Assembly: GCA_016187175.1 (NCBI GenBank) | Contig: JACPKG010000002.1 | Span: 12,922 to 76,921, forward strand | Source: Candidatus Saccharimonadota bacterium | GTDB taxonomy: Bacteria; Patescibacteriota; Saccharimonadia; Saccharimonadales; UBA10212 | Length of the DNA: 64,000 nt | Reading direction: 5' to 3' | The notes under the pieces: model-generated | Database searches by the model: none | Told to the model about the DNA's origin: nothing | What the model saw: the letters and a program-made list of their open reading frames with translations, nothing else | Made by a program: the position numbers and the translations under genes | Shown here: piece after piece, positions 37,440 to 47,653 of the stretch | Layout of the letters: every line of letters starts with the position of its first letter | Numbering within the stretch: position 1 is the first letter of the stretch

Positions 37440-38150
37440 ACCATCAGAAGCAAACCAGCTACAGCAATAAAACTACCGATGATTTTGCGTTTTAAGTCTT
37501 CGCGTTCGTGCAGAAATATCGCGGCCGTAACGAATATCACTACAATCTTAAGAGTCGTGAAACAGCACGGTTGCTCCCCAGCTTAATCAAGTGCCTGTAG
37601 TAATACCATTTTCTTGAATTAAGGATCGCTCAGCGGTTAAAGCAAATGCCAGCGATACGCCGTTAAGCAGCATCAGCATAAAGTATTTATCAAAACGCTA
37701 CCTACCCAAACGGTGTTTTCTACTAACCAGTACTACCGAGATTAAGAGTAATATAGTACCTACGATCTGGCGTGATTTAAGACTCTCATGCAACAAAATC
37801 GCGGAGAGGAGTAGGGTAATTGGTGTGTAAACATTGCCGATTAAAGTTGTCAGACCGGTCTTAACATGTCTTTGGGCGATATACTGCGCGGCTATTGGTA
37901 TGCTTCCGGTTACACCACAGACAATCATCAATAGCACTATTGTGGTAAAACTCTGATTAAATTCAGGTTTTTTGAAAAAAATTAGAACGAAGCTTAATAC
38001 AAAAGTAATTAATGTTACCCGAAATGCAAAATCAATCTGGCCTTTGTAGGTGTCACGCCGCAGTGCCAGATGTCGCCTCTGCAAAGATGAAGCAGTAGAA
38101 GGCACAAAATAAAAAAGGTAAGCCAGTAAAATAGCCACTTCACTCCATTG
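37436..38150 (-). pseudogene. Fragmented EamA/DMT-family transporter
   Basis: Hydrophobic ORF 38177-37698 with LLHESLKSRQIVG ends early; the C-terminal piece AAIFLHEREDLKRKIIGSFIAVAGLLLMV* lies separately at about 37436-37530. Confidence 0.65.
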
Positions 38151-38380
38151 TATCCCTGTCTGCTTGCCCCGCACCAAAACCTGAGTAAAGAAGAGGGAGT
38201 CCGCCTATGGCGGATCGGAATGTCAAGTTTTTGGTGCGTGGGTTAAAATACTAAGCATGACGGCATAAAAATACCAAAAACGTATGCGCACGTTAGGCAT
38301 CTAAACACGTTAGTTCAATACTCAAATCCAAAAAAATCGGGGTCTTTCTCTGACGAAGGATTTATGCCATAATCAGTCAA

Positions 38381-39466
38381 ATGCCAAGAATAGCAGACGG
38401 AAAAATTACCAGCCCGTCTTTTTTTATTGGCCTTGATGGAAATGGAATCATTTCGTTTGGATCCGGGCAGCCAGATCTACCGCCCCCAAAAGAGATTTTT
38501 AAGCATTTGGAAAATCAACGTCTTTTTAAATACGGTCTAATCCAAGGGGACGAAAAACTTCGCCAAGCACTTGCCAACGAGTATCCAAATGCCCGGATCG
38601 AAAACTTTGTGATAACAAACGGTGCTTCAGAGGCGCTTGATTTGGTTTTTCGGGCCATCTATCAGATACACGGAAGGGTCAAAGTCCTTTTATGCCGGCC
38701 GTACTACTATTCGTACCCGTCAATCGTCCGGCTGGCGGGGTTAGAGCCAGTCTACGTAAATCTCGTAGAAGGAAGAATCGACCCTCGTGATTTCGAGAAG
38801 AAAGTTCATGACGTGAAAGCGGTGCTTATCAATTCGCCTTCCAATCCTACGGGGCGTGTCGAAATCCTCTCAACCTTACGCCTGATTGAAAAGATCACGG
38901 AAAAGCTCGGTATATATGTTATTTCGGACGAGGTCTATAAAGATCTTATTTATGAGCGTGAGAACTACCTTATCAAAGGCAAGCACGTACTGACTGTTAA
39001 TTCGTTCTCAAAGACCTATTCCATGTGTGGACTTCGGGTGGGGTACTTGTACGCCCGCAACCCGAAGATTATTAGTGCAGCCACCGATATTAAGATGGAT
39101 ACATCAATGAACACTAATATTTTGGGCCAAGAAATGGCTCTTCGCGCCATGCAGGTACCAAAAAGTTTCACCACGCGCCAGACTGCTATTTGGAAAAAGC
39201 GCCGTGATTTTATTTACAACGAACTCAAGACAATGGGGTTTGATCTTTGGAAGCCGGAAGGGGCGTTTTATGTACTGCCTAAAATAAAACACTCACAACG
39301 AGTGGTTAACGAACTATTTTTTAAACATAAAGTTATTGCCTACGACGGTGCTTGGTTCGGCGCGCCCGGTCGGATTCGTCTGTCGTACGCTCTGGAGCTT
39401 GCACAAATGAAAGAAGGGCTGGCCAGAATCAGACAATATCTTCAAGGGAAAGATAGCTGGCTCTGA
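38381..39466 (+). CDS. PLP-dependent aminotransferase class I/II
   Basis: TNGASEAL, NSPSNPTG, SDEVY, SFSKTYSMCGLRVG, PEGAFY motifs. Confidence 0.92.
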   Translation: MPRIADGKITSPSFFIGLDGNGIISFGSGQPDLPPPKEIFKHLENQRLFKYGLIQGDEKLRQALANEYPNARIENFVITNGASEALDLVFRAIYQIHGRVKVLLCRPYYYSYPSIVRLAGLEPVYVNLVEGRIDPRDFEKKVHDVKAVLINSPSNPTGRVEILSTLRLIEKITEKLGIYVISDEVYKDLIYERENYLIKGKHVLTVNSFSKTYSMCGLRVGYLYARNPKIISAATDIKMDTSMNTNILGQEMALRAMQVPKSFTTRQTAIWKKRRDFIYNELKTMGFDLWKPEGAFYVLPKIKHSQRVVNELFFKHKVIAYDGAWFGAPGRIRLSYALELAQMKEGLARIRQYLQGKDSWL

Positions 39467-39698
39467 AATCTATGTTACAAATTTTGGATACTATGCCTAT
39501 CCCAATCCAGGTCAAGAAGTAAGCCAAGCAAATTGAAAGTTGGCCACTAAACAGTTCGTATGACAGTTCGGTCAAATCATTACACGAAATCTACATATTG
39601 TCGGTTCTCTGTAAAAAGTCACACCTGTTTATTGAACTTGAGCGGCGCCTGGGCGGCGGCATTGTAGTTTAAGTTCTACCTCTGTTACAATAGCGTTG

Positions 39699-41579
39699 AT
39701 GAACGCGCAGGAAATACGTAAAAAGTATCTTGATTTTTTTGTCGCAAGAAAACACCAGGTTATTCCACGGGCTTCCTTAGTACCGCAGGATGATCCGACC
39801 ACATTGTTCACTGGTAGCGGTATGCAACCGTTGGTGCCGTATCTGCTTGGCGAAAAGCACCCAGCTGGTAAACGGCTGGTTGATAGCCAAACTTGTTTTA
39901 GGGCTGAAGATATGGACGAGGTGGGCGACAACCGTCATACGACGTTCTTTGAGATGCTGGGCAACTGGAGCCTGGGCGATTATTACAAGGAAGAACAACT
40001 AACTTGGTTCTGGGATTTTTTAACAAAAGCTGTCAAGTTGAACCCTGCTAAGCTCTATGTGACCTGTTTTAGTGGCGACCAACTAACTGGTGTGCCCAAA
40101 GATACTGAATCGGCTGCAATTTGGAAGAAGTTGTTTGCCAAAAAAGATATTCAAGCCAAAGAAGTTGAAATTGGCTCGAACACAACCGGCTATCAAAAAG
40201 GCCTGCAAAACGGCCGGATTTTTTACTATGACGCTTCTAAAAACTGGTGGAGCCGCGAGGGTCCGCCAAGCAACATGCGGCTGGGCGAACCCGGTGGGCC
40301 AGACAGTGAGGTCTTTTACGATTTCGGCACGCCGCATGACGAAAAGTTTGGCACCCACTGCCACCCCAATTGCGACTGCGGCCGTTTTTCGGAAATCGGT
40401 AATAGTGTATTCATGGCCTACAAAAAAACACCCAAGGGTTTTGAAAAATTACCCAAACCCAACGTCGACTTTGGCGGCGGTTTGGAGCGTATCGCCGCCG
40501 CATGTCAGGACAGTCCTGATGTCTTCCAGATCAGTTTAATAAAGCCAGTTATTGAGGGTTTGGAAACATTAAGCGGTAAAGACTATGAGCAGCATCAGGC
40601 CGCCATGAGAGTCGTTGCCGATCACCTGCGTGCCGCTACCTGGTTGGGCGTAGACGGGGTTGCGCCCAGCAATAAAGCCCAGGGTTACGTGCTGCGCCGT
40701 CTGTTACGCCGCGCTATCCGCTACGCTTTTGAATTGGGCATCGAACAGCATCTGTGCGAAAAAGTAACACCTATTATTGCCAGCCTGTATGAACCAGATT
40801 TTCCGCAGGTCAAGGAACGCAAAAATGATGTCGTCCACGCCTTTATTAAGGAAGAAACCATTTTCCGCCAGACACTCCGCTCCGGTGTCCGGGAACTCAC
40901 AAAAATTGCTAAGCGAAATAAACACTTAACTGGCGTTGATGTTTTTAGACTTTACGATACCTACGGTTTCCCAGTTGAGCTGTCTTTGGAGGAGGCTTAT
41001 TTACAAAAAGTCGGCGTTTCTGAGGATTGGCATCATGACTTTGACAGGCTGATGGAGGAACAAAAAAAGCGCAGTCAGACCGCCAGCGTCGGTATGTTTA
41101 AGGGCGGCTTGGCCGACCATTCCGAAGCGGTTGTCAGACTGCACACCACAACCCATTTGATGTACCAGGCGCTCAAAAACGTGTTGGGCGAACACGTGGT
41201 TCAGCGCGGCAGCAACATTACGGCCCAGCGGACTCGCTTTGATTTTTCTCATCCAGGAAAAGTCAGGCCAGAACAAATTAAACAAGTCCAGGATATTGTC
41301 AACGAAAAGATTAAAGAAGATTTGTCGGTGACATGGAAAGAAGAGGACACGAAAGAGGCGCTGACATCCGGCTCCTCCGGCGCCTTTGGCGATAAATATG
41401 GCGAAAAAGTAAAAGTTTATACGATTGGCGATCCTAAAAAACCCTTTAGCCGCGAAATCTGCGGCGGCCCGCACGTAGAACATACCAGTGTCATCGGTGA
41501 AGGCGGTAAAAAATTCCGCATCATTAAAGAAGAGGCCTCCAGCGCTGGAGTGAGAAGAATCAAAGCCGTTCTCGACTAA
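39699..41579 (+). CDS. alaS: Alanine--tRNA ligase (short form without C-Ala domain)
   Basis: LFTGSGMQP, HTTFFEMLGNWS, ADHLR, LYDTYGFP, HTTTH, EICGGPHV motifs. Confidence 0.95.
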   Translation: MNAQEIRKKYLDFFVARKHQVIPRASLVPQDDPTTLFTGSGMQPLVPYLLGEKHPAGKRLVDSQTCFRAEDMDEVGDNRHTTFFEMLGNWSLGDYYKEEQLTWFWDFLTKAVKLNPAKLYVTCFSGDQLTGVPKDTESAAIWKKLFAKKDIQAKEVEIGSNTTGYQKGLQNGRIFYYDASKNWWSREGPPSNMRLGEPGGPDSEVFYDFGTPHDEKFGTHCHPNCDCGRFSEIGNSVFMAYKKTPKGFEKLPKPNVDFGGGLERIAAACQDSPDVFQISLIKPVIEGLETLSGKDYEQHQAAMRVVADHLRAATWLGVDGVAPSNKAQGYVLRRLLRRAIRYAFELGIEQHLCEKVTPIIASLYEPDFPQVKERKNDVVHAFIKEETIFRQTLRSGVRELTKIAKRNKHLTGVDVFRLYDTYGFPVELSLEEAYLQKVGVSEDWHHDFDRLMEEQKKRSQTASVGMFKGGLADHSEAVVRLHTTTHLMYQALKNVLGEHVVQRGSNITAQRTRFDFSHPGKVRPEQIKQVQDIVNEKIKEDLSVTWKEEDTKEALTSGSSGAFGDKYGEKVKVYTIGDPKKPFSREICGGPHVEHTSVIGEGGKKFRIIKEEASSAGVRRIKAVLD

Positions 41580-41580
41580 A

Positions 41581-41850
41581 CTACTCTAAGTTTTTTAAAA
41601 ATCTTAGGACAACTTGACCACGTTTTGTTAGCCGGTGTGGTACAGAACCGGAGTGGCGACCCTCGCTGATTAATCCTGCACTTACTAGGCGGCGAATATG
41701 CTCGGCCGTCGTTTTAAAATTCCATCGCAGTCGCCCGGCAGTTTCCAGAAGGGAAAGGCCTGGATTTTGTTGTAAAAGTAGCAGAATACTGATTCGACGA
41801 TGGTTGGCCACGCCCTTCATATATCTTTCTAATTGCTTTGCGCTTAGCAC
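41581..41850 (-). CDS. Winged-helix (ArsR-like) protein
   Basis: KGVANHRRISILLLL...TTAEHIRRLVSAGLI...LTKRG. Confidence 0.78.
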   Translation of the reverse strand: MLSAKQLERYMKGVANHRRISILLLLQQNPGLSLLETAGRLRWNFKTTAEHIRRLVSAGLISEGRHSGSVPHRLTKRGQVVLRFLKNLE

Positions 41851-41961
41851 ACTACCATACTAGCATAATAATTCTTAGTTTCTTAAGAAATACAGAATTG
41901 TTGGTGGGGGGAGAACTAAGGGTTTAGATAGGTGTTGGTATGCTATAATTCAAGCTGAATT

Positions 41962-43296
41962 ATGCCTATGCTTAACAAACTTCCTGGACTTTCTGGTACG
42001 CGGATAAAAGACCTCAAAAGTAAACTACCCAAAGCTATCGAATTGGCCAAAAAACACCGGCGGCCAGTGGAAAGCTATCTAGTTGGACTAGATATCGGTA
42101 CGGAATTTATTAAGGCGTTGATTGGACGCGTTGTTGGCAATGAAGTGGAAATCATAGGTGTTGGCCGGGCTCACCAGGAGTTAGCCGATATGCAGGCCGG
42201 TGCCATTGCTGATATTGCCGCAGTGGTGGCTAACTGTGACCAAGCCCTATCCGCCGCCGAGCAACAAGCCGGGGTCAGCGCCCGGACAGCCATAATTGGT
42301 ATTGCCGGTGAGCTTGTTAAGGGCACTACCAGCACGGTTCGCTTTACCCGAAAGAGCCCCAGCCAAGAGTTGAGCATTGAAGAAATGCAGCACATCATCG
42401 AGTTAGTGCAGCAGCGGGCCGAACAAAAAGCCCGCCAACAACTGGTTTGGGAACTAGGTGGCCAAGACGTCCAGGTACGTCTAGTTAACAGCGCGCTGGT
42501 ACGTATAGACATTGATGGCTATAAAGTTACCAACCCAGTAGGCTTCCAGGGGCGTGATGTGGTGGTAGAAATATACACGGCATTTGCGCCGATGATCCAT
42601 ATTGGGGCCTTAGAGCGCACAGCTACTGAACTGGATTTAGAGCTACTGGCTGTGGCGGCCGAACCTTTCGCCGTCGCCCGCTCGGTTGTAGGTGATGATC
42701 CCAACGCCCAAATCAGTGCGATATTAATGGATGTGGGTGGCGGGACGACAGATATTGCTGTGGTTAACGAAGGTGGGGTCGAGGGCACAAAAATGTTTGG
42801 TATCGGCGGCCGGGCCTTTACACGGGCTATTGAACGCGAGCTGGATATTGACTTCGTCAAAGCCGAAGCTCTAAAAGTCGGCCTTTCCAGCGAACAGGTG
42901 GCCGCCACGCAGAAACCGGCAATAGAAAAAGCTCTACAAAAGACACTTAACGTCTGGACCAAAGGCGTAGAGCTAGCCCTGGCCGAATTTGAAAAACCGG
43001 ATCACTTGCCTAATCGTTTGCTACTGTGTGGTGGTGGCTCGAGCCTGCAGATGTTAATGGAGCAACTCGAGGTAGGCGAGTGGTACAAAAACTTACCGTT
43101 TAGTAAAAAGCCGCAAGTCCAGCATATCCAACCAGACGAAGTTGTCGGCATTACAGACGCCACCGGCGACGTCTCTGACCATACCTTCATCACAGCCATG
43201 GGGCTTCTAAGGGTAGGTATGGATACGGTGAATTCAGGTGCTGCATCCACCAAAGTGACTATGAAAAACAAGCTCAACAAGGTGCTGCGAGTATGA
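41962..43296 (+). CDS. FtsA-like actin-fold ATPase
   Basis: GLDIGT, V.NPVG..G, DVGGGTTD, GG..FT, LCGGGS motifs. Confidence 0.82.
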   Translation: MPMLNKLPGLSGTRIKDLKSKLPKAIELAKKHRRPVESYLVGLDIGTEFIKALIGRVVGNEVEIIGVGRAHQELADMQAGAIADIAAVVANCDQALSAAEQQAGVSARTAIIGIAGELVKGTTSTVRFTRKSPSQELSIEEMQHIIELVQQRAEQKARQQLVWELGGQDVQVRLVNSALVRIDIDGYKVTNPVGFQGRDVVVEIYTAFAPMIHIGALERTATELDLELLAVAAEPFAVARSVVGDDPNAQISAILMDVGGGTTDIAVVNEGGVEGTKMFGIGGRAFTRAIERELDIDFVKAEALKVGLSSEQVAATQKPAIEKALQKTLNVWTKGVELALAEFEKPDHLPNRLLLCGGGSSLQMLMEQLEVGEWYKNLPFSKKPQVQHIQPDEVVGITDATGDVSDHTFITAMGLLRVGMDTVNSGAASTKVTMKNKLNKVLRV

Positions 43297-44954
43297 CTCG
43301 AGATGTTATTTACTTGGATCTTGATGACGAGATAACTTCAGTTATCGATAAGTTAGAAAATGCCAACAAAAAAGAGGTGGCTTTAGTATTGCCCAAACGA
43401 GCGGCGTTTTTGCAAAGCATTGTCAATATGCGACTGCTTCAGCGGGCAGCCGAGGACGCCGGCAAAAACGTTGTGCTGATCACCAATGAGTCAGCTATAT
43501 TGCCGCTTGCCGGTGCTGCTGGCCTGCAGGTTGCCAAAAACCTACAAAGCCCGCCCTATACTCCTCCATCTCCAGTGCCTGTCAAAGAGCCAGACCGCGC
43601 CCTGTCCTCAGCCGATCAGGCGGCCGAAGAAGCCGATGAGACAGCCAATGATGATGCTTCCGCCAAGATCGATTACAGCCGCTCTATCGGCGAGCTGGCT
43701 GCTGGCCATGAAGTTGAGGAGCCAGAAGAACCCATAGCTGCTAAACCTACAGCGCCAAAGGATAAGAGGTTAAGAGTGCCAAATTTTGATAAATTCCGTC
43801 TCATGCTGGGGCTGAGCGTTTTGGCAGTCATGGCTCTAACAATCTTTATGCTTTTGGCAATTACTATACTTCCCAAGGCCAAGGTGACTATTAAAACCAG
43901 CAGCTTACCGCTGTCGGCTAATTTCGCTTTGACAACCGATGGGGCCGCTAAATCGTTAAACGAAGAAAAGGCTATAATCCCAGCAGTACTGCAAACCAAG
44001 GATCAGACAGCCACCCAAACCGTCAATGCCACTGGCCAACAAAATAACGGCGAAAAAGCTTCGGGTTCAGTGACTATGTCGGCAGGCGCTTGCGGTCCTT
44101 CCGTGCCAGCCGATATCCCAGCCGGAGCTGGCCTGTCTAGCAGTAGTCTAACTTATATAACCCAGACTAAAACGTCTTTTGCGCCGGTTGTGTCGGGAGG
44201 CAAGTGCACCTTCCAGTCTACCAGCTCAACACCCATAAAAGCCCAGATTGGCGGCAGCAAATATAACGTCAACTCGGCAACATTTAGCGTCGCTGGCTAT
44301 CCTAGCGTCACTGCCAGCGGCAGCGCTAGCGGCGGCACGGATAATATTGCTACCATACTTAGTCAAGCTGATATTGACGGTGCCAAGCAAAAAATTACTA
44401 GCTCTGACACCGACAAATTTGCTGAGGAGTTTAAGAAATCCCTGACCGAAAAAGAAGATATATACCTAATCACCCCGACGCTTAAACTTAGCGAGCCAGA
44501 AGCGACTGCCACTCCGGCGGTTGGCCAACCAGCTACAACTGCTGCGGTGACAGTTAAAATTACTCATTCTGTTTTAACGGTTAAAAAGAACGATCTTAAG
44601 AAGGTGATAACCACGCAGCTAAATAAGCAAATCGACAGCCAAAAGCAAAAGCTTGTTGACGAAGACGTCGCTAGCGGTTTGAGCGTTAGTGTCCAGAGCC
44701 AAACCTCGTCTAACAATATGACCTTGCAAATATCTAAGGACACCAGCGCGGTACCGGTTATAGATGTTGAATCTCTTAAAAAGCAGATTACCGGTTTAAA
44801 AAGCGCCAAGATCCGCGAGACAATTAGCTCTATTCCTGGTGTGAAGGAAGTCGACGTCAAGATGAGTCCTTTTTGGGTGGCTAAGGCTCCCAAACCGTCT
44901 AAAATTACTGTAGTTCAGGAGCACGTTAAAGACAGTGGAAGTATTAGCCCTTGA
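43293..44954 (+). CDS. Membrane protein with baseplate J/gp47-like region (CPR ftsA neighbour)
   Basis: IYLDLDDEITSVI N-terminus, TM, ATG...GEKASG.V and GGT..I...SQADID. Confidence 0.65.
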   Translation: MTRDVIYLDLDDEITSVIDKLENANKKEVALVLPKRAAFLQSIVNMRLLQRAAEDAGKNVVLITNESAILPLAGAAGLQVAKNLQSPPYTPPSPVPVKEPDRALSSADQAAEEADETANDDASAKIDYSRSIGELAAGHEVEEPEEPIAAKPTAPKDKRLRVPNFDKFRLMLGLSVLAVMALTIFMLLAITILPKAKVTIKTSSLPLSANFALTTDGAAKSLNEEKAIIPAVLQTKDQTATQTVNATGQQNNGEKASGSVTMSAGACGPSVPADIPAGAGLSSSSLTYITQTKTSFAPVVSGGKCTFQSTSSTPIKAQIGGSKYNVNSATFSVAGYPSVTASGSASGGTDNIATILSQADIDGAKQKITSSDTDKFAEEFKKSLTEKEDIYLITPTLKLSEPEATATPAVGQPATTAAVTVKITHSVLTVKKNDLKKVITTQLNKQIDSQKQKLVDEDVASGLSVSVQSQTSSNNMTLQISKDTSAVPVIDVESLKKQITGLKSAKIRETISSIPGVKEVDVKMSPFWVAKAPKPSKITVVQEHVKDSGSISP

Positions 44955-45348
44955 TATCGGTGCGGTTTGGGTGGGTATGGCGCGGGCGAACAGCCAAGCT
45001 CGGTTGGCCGAGCCGCTACAGACCGTCAAGACCAACGAAGCAATTGCGGCGGTCCAGAAACTCGTCGAAAAGCAGCCGGTGGAGGCCATTGTGGTGGGTC
45101 TGCCCCGTAACCTATCGGGTGAAGACACTGACCAGACACGCTGGGTCCGAGACTGGGTGGCTAAGGCTAAGACCCAAATTAACCGACCGTTTTATTGGCA
45201 AGATGAATCATTAACAAGCCTAGAAGCAAAGCTCAAAGTTCAAAGCTCAAAGTTCAAAGATCAAGGGATAGGTGAGCATGGCTTGGCAGCAGCGATTATT
45301 TTGCAGGACTTCCTAGACGCGCCAGTGGCGAAAAGAGTTGTGTGCTAA
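44935..45348 (+). CDS. ruvX: YqgF/RuvX family nuclease
   Basis: LALDIG, VVGLP, QDESLTS, AAAIILQDFL motifs. Confidence 0.88.
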   Translation: MEVLALDIGAVWVGMARANSQARLAEPLQTVKTNEAIAAVQKLVEKQPVEAIVVGLPRNLSGEDTDQTRWVRDWVAKAKTQINRPFYWQDESLTSLEAKLKVQSSKFKDQGIGEHGLAAAIILQDFLDAPVAKRVVC

Positions 45349-45352
45349 TCTA

Positions 45353-46390
45353 ATGAAGGTGATGAGAGGTATCAATAGGCCAAAGCTACCATTAATTATA
45401 TTAGCGGTGGCTATTTTGCTAGTCGGCGGCGGAGTTGCCGGGCTCCGTAGTTGGTATGAGCGTAATTTAAAACCAGTTTCAGCTGTGTCCCAAAGCCAAT
45501 ATTTTACTGTGACTTCCGGTTCCAGTCTTCACCAAATAGGCGTTAAGCTCAAAAATGCTGGCTTAATACGTAACACTCGGGCTTTGGAGACCTATGTACG
45601 CAGCAACGAGCTGCATGACAAACTACAAGCCGGTACGTACGAATTAAGTCCGGCGATGGGTGTAGAGCAGATTATTATGAAAATGATAAATGGTGATGTA
45701 GCCAAAAACTTGCTGACGATATTGCCGCAAAAAAGACTAGATGAAATCAAGCAAGCCTTTGTGGCCGCTGGCTATAGCAAAACTGAGGTCGAAGTGGCTT
45801 TTGAGCCCGGCAATTACCGCGGGCACCCAGCGCTGGCCAGTTTACCGCCGGGGGCCTCGCTAGAAGGTTATTTGTATCCGGACTCCTTTCAAAAACAAGC
45901 CGATACCCCTGCAGCCACAATTGTTCGTGAATCTTTGGACGAAATGCAAAAGTACTTAAATTCCGATATTGTCAATGGTTTTGCCGCCCGTTCGCTAAAT
46001 GTCTATCAAGGTATTACCCTAGCTTCGATTGTGGCCGAAGAAACTGACAACCCGGAGTATCAGCCACAAATAGCGCAGGTTTTTTATACACGCTTGGCCA
46101 AAAACATGCGTCTGGAGTCAGACCCCACGGCTTTTTATGCTTCAGCACTGGCGGGGACAGCGCCCAGTCTGCAGATTAACTCGGCCTATAACACCTATTT
46201 GAACAACGGCCTACCGCCTGGGCCGATTAGCAACATGACATATGACGCGCTTAAGGCTGTGGCCTACCCGGCCTCGACAGATTACCTGTTTTTTGTGGCT
46301 GGCGATGACGGCAAAGTGCACTTTAGCCGCACGCCGGCCGAACATGAAGAAGCGGCCAAGAGGTATTGCATTAAAAAGTGTCAGCTTTAG
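45353..46390 (+). CDS. mltG: Endolytic transglycosylase
   Basis: LEGYLYPD, LASIVAEE, LESDPT, YNTY...GLPPGPISN, YLFFVA motifs. Confidence 0.93.
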   Translation: MKVMRGINRPKLPLIILAVAILLVGGGVAGLRSWYERNLKPVSAVSQSQYFTVTSGSSLHQIGVKLKNAGLIRNTRALETYVRSNELHDKLQAGTYELSPAMGVEQIIMKMINGDVAKNLLTILPQKRLDEIKQAFVAAGYSKTEVEVAFEPGNYRGHPALASLPPGASLEGYLYPDSFQKQADTPAATIVRESLDEMQKYLNSDIVNGFAARSLNVYQGITLASIVAEETDNPEYQPQIAQVFYTRLAKNMRLESDPTAFYASALAGTAPSLQINSAYNTYLNNGLPPGPISNMTYDALKAVAYPASTDYLFFVAGDDGKVHFSRTPAEHEEAAKRYCIKKCQL

Positions 46391-46474
46391 CAACAGGTGT
46401 CAATCAGACCTGGTATTTGGTATAATAGGACTAGAAACGAAGGGTTGTTTTTAACCTTTCGTTAATTTTGCCGC

Positions 46475-47596
46475 ATGAGAATCAGCAAACCGCAACTGCC
46501 CAAACCGCAAGTCGTTCTAAATGACATTGTCAAAAGAGTCCCTAGTGCGGACTCTTGGGCAGCAATTCCCAAGCAAAAGTACGATAAGCTGAATAAAAAA
46601 TCTAAGCGCCGACTTCTGCGTTGGGGATTGGTGTCTGGCAACATTGCCCTTTTGCTGGGCGTAGGGATTTTTGTGATTGGCCACCGCTCTGTCAGCCAGA
46701 CCATCCGGACTAGCACAGTTAATAGCGCCACTACTACAACTAGTTCGCTGCAGCGCCCTTTGGACCAATTGTCTTCGGCCCAAATTGCCCTGACTGCTGC
46801 CCAGATGACGCGACTGCCGGAGATAAAAGCGGTCCGCGCTCAAGCCGACTCAGACAGTATTTTGTTGGCCATGACACCTAACGACACCACGGTCTTAGCC
46901 AAGCCGCAGATTGTACCAACCGTGCAGCGCTCCAAACAAGCTATTATCCGCTATGAAGCCAAAGCCGGTGACACCATTACTAGTATTGCTAATAAATATG
47001 GCGTGACGGCTGATAGTGTAAGCTGGTCTAACAGCTTGTCTGGTAGTAGTCTTACCGCCGGCACCAAGTTGGTTGTTCCACCTGTTAACGGGCTTGTTTA
47101 TACCGTTAAAGACGGCGATACGCCGGCTAGCCTAGCCCGGCAGTTCCGGGCCGATGAAAGTCAAATTATAACTTATAATGATGCAGAGCTTAGTGGTCTG
47201 ATACCAGGCGAGCAAATCATTATCCCTAACGGCAGCAAAAGCGCGCCCCTGACTTACGGAGTATTTGTTCCCAATTATGGCGGCAACGGCTATGATTTTG
47301 GCTACTGTACTTATTATGCAGCTGCCAGGGTCGCCGTGCCTAATAATTGGGGCAATGCTAATACTTGGGATAATTACGCCGCGGTTTCGGGCTGGACCGT
47401 CAGTAAAGTACCGCGAGCCGGAGCAATTGGTCAAACTAATGCCGGCTGGCTGGGACACGTCGGAGTTGTTGAAGAAGTTTCGGACGATGGCACAATGATT
47501 AAGTACTCAGACATGAATGGTCTGGCCGGTTGGGGACGGGTAGGTTATAGCGACTGGGCACCTGTGACCCGCTTCCAAAACTATCTCTACCAGTAA
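46475..47596 (+). CDS. LysM-LysM-CHAP peptidoglycan hydrolase
   Basis: Two LysM repeats (GDT..SIA/SLA); GYCTYY, WGNANTW, GHVGVVE motifs. Confidence 0.88.
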   Translation: MRISKPQLPKPQVVLNDIVKRVPSADSWAAIPKQKYDKLNKKSKRRLLRWGLVSGNIALLLGVGIFVIGHRSVSQTIRTSTVNSATTTTSSLQRPLDQLSSAQIALTAAQMTRLPEIKAVRAQADSDSILLAMTPNDTTVLAKPQIVPTVQRSKQAIIRYEAKAGDTITSIANKYGVTADSVSWSNSLSGSSLTAGTKLVVPPVNGLVYTVKDGDTPASLARQFRADESQIITYNDAELSGLIPGEQIIIPNGSKSAPLTYGVFVPNYGGNGYDFGYCTYYAAARVAVPNNWGNANTWDNYAAVSGWTVSKVPRAGAIGQTNAGWLGHVGVVEEVSDDGTMIKYSDMNGLAGWGRVGYSDWAPVTRFQNYLYQ

Positions 47597-47653
47597 CCTA
47601 AAGACTCTGGTCTATCTCTGGACTCTGGACTCTTGACTCGTTACTCTTTAGGT

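Noticed and set aside
39699-41579. Short AlaS as a truncation
   Set aside because: Catalytic and editing motifs are complete; C-Ala-less forms are usual in reduced genomes.
43293-44954. Prophage suggested by baseplate-J-like and holin-like genes
   Set aside because: No capsid, terminase, portal or integrase; both genes sit in housekeeping context.
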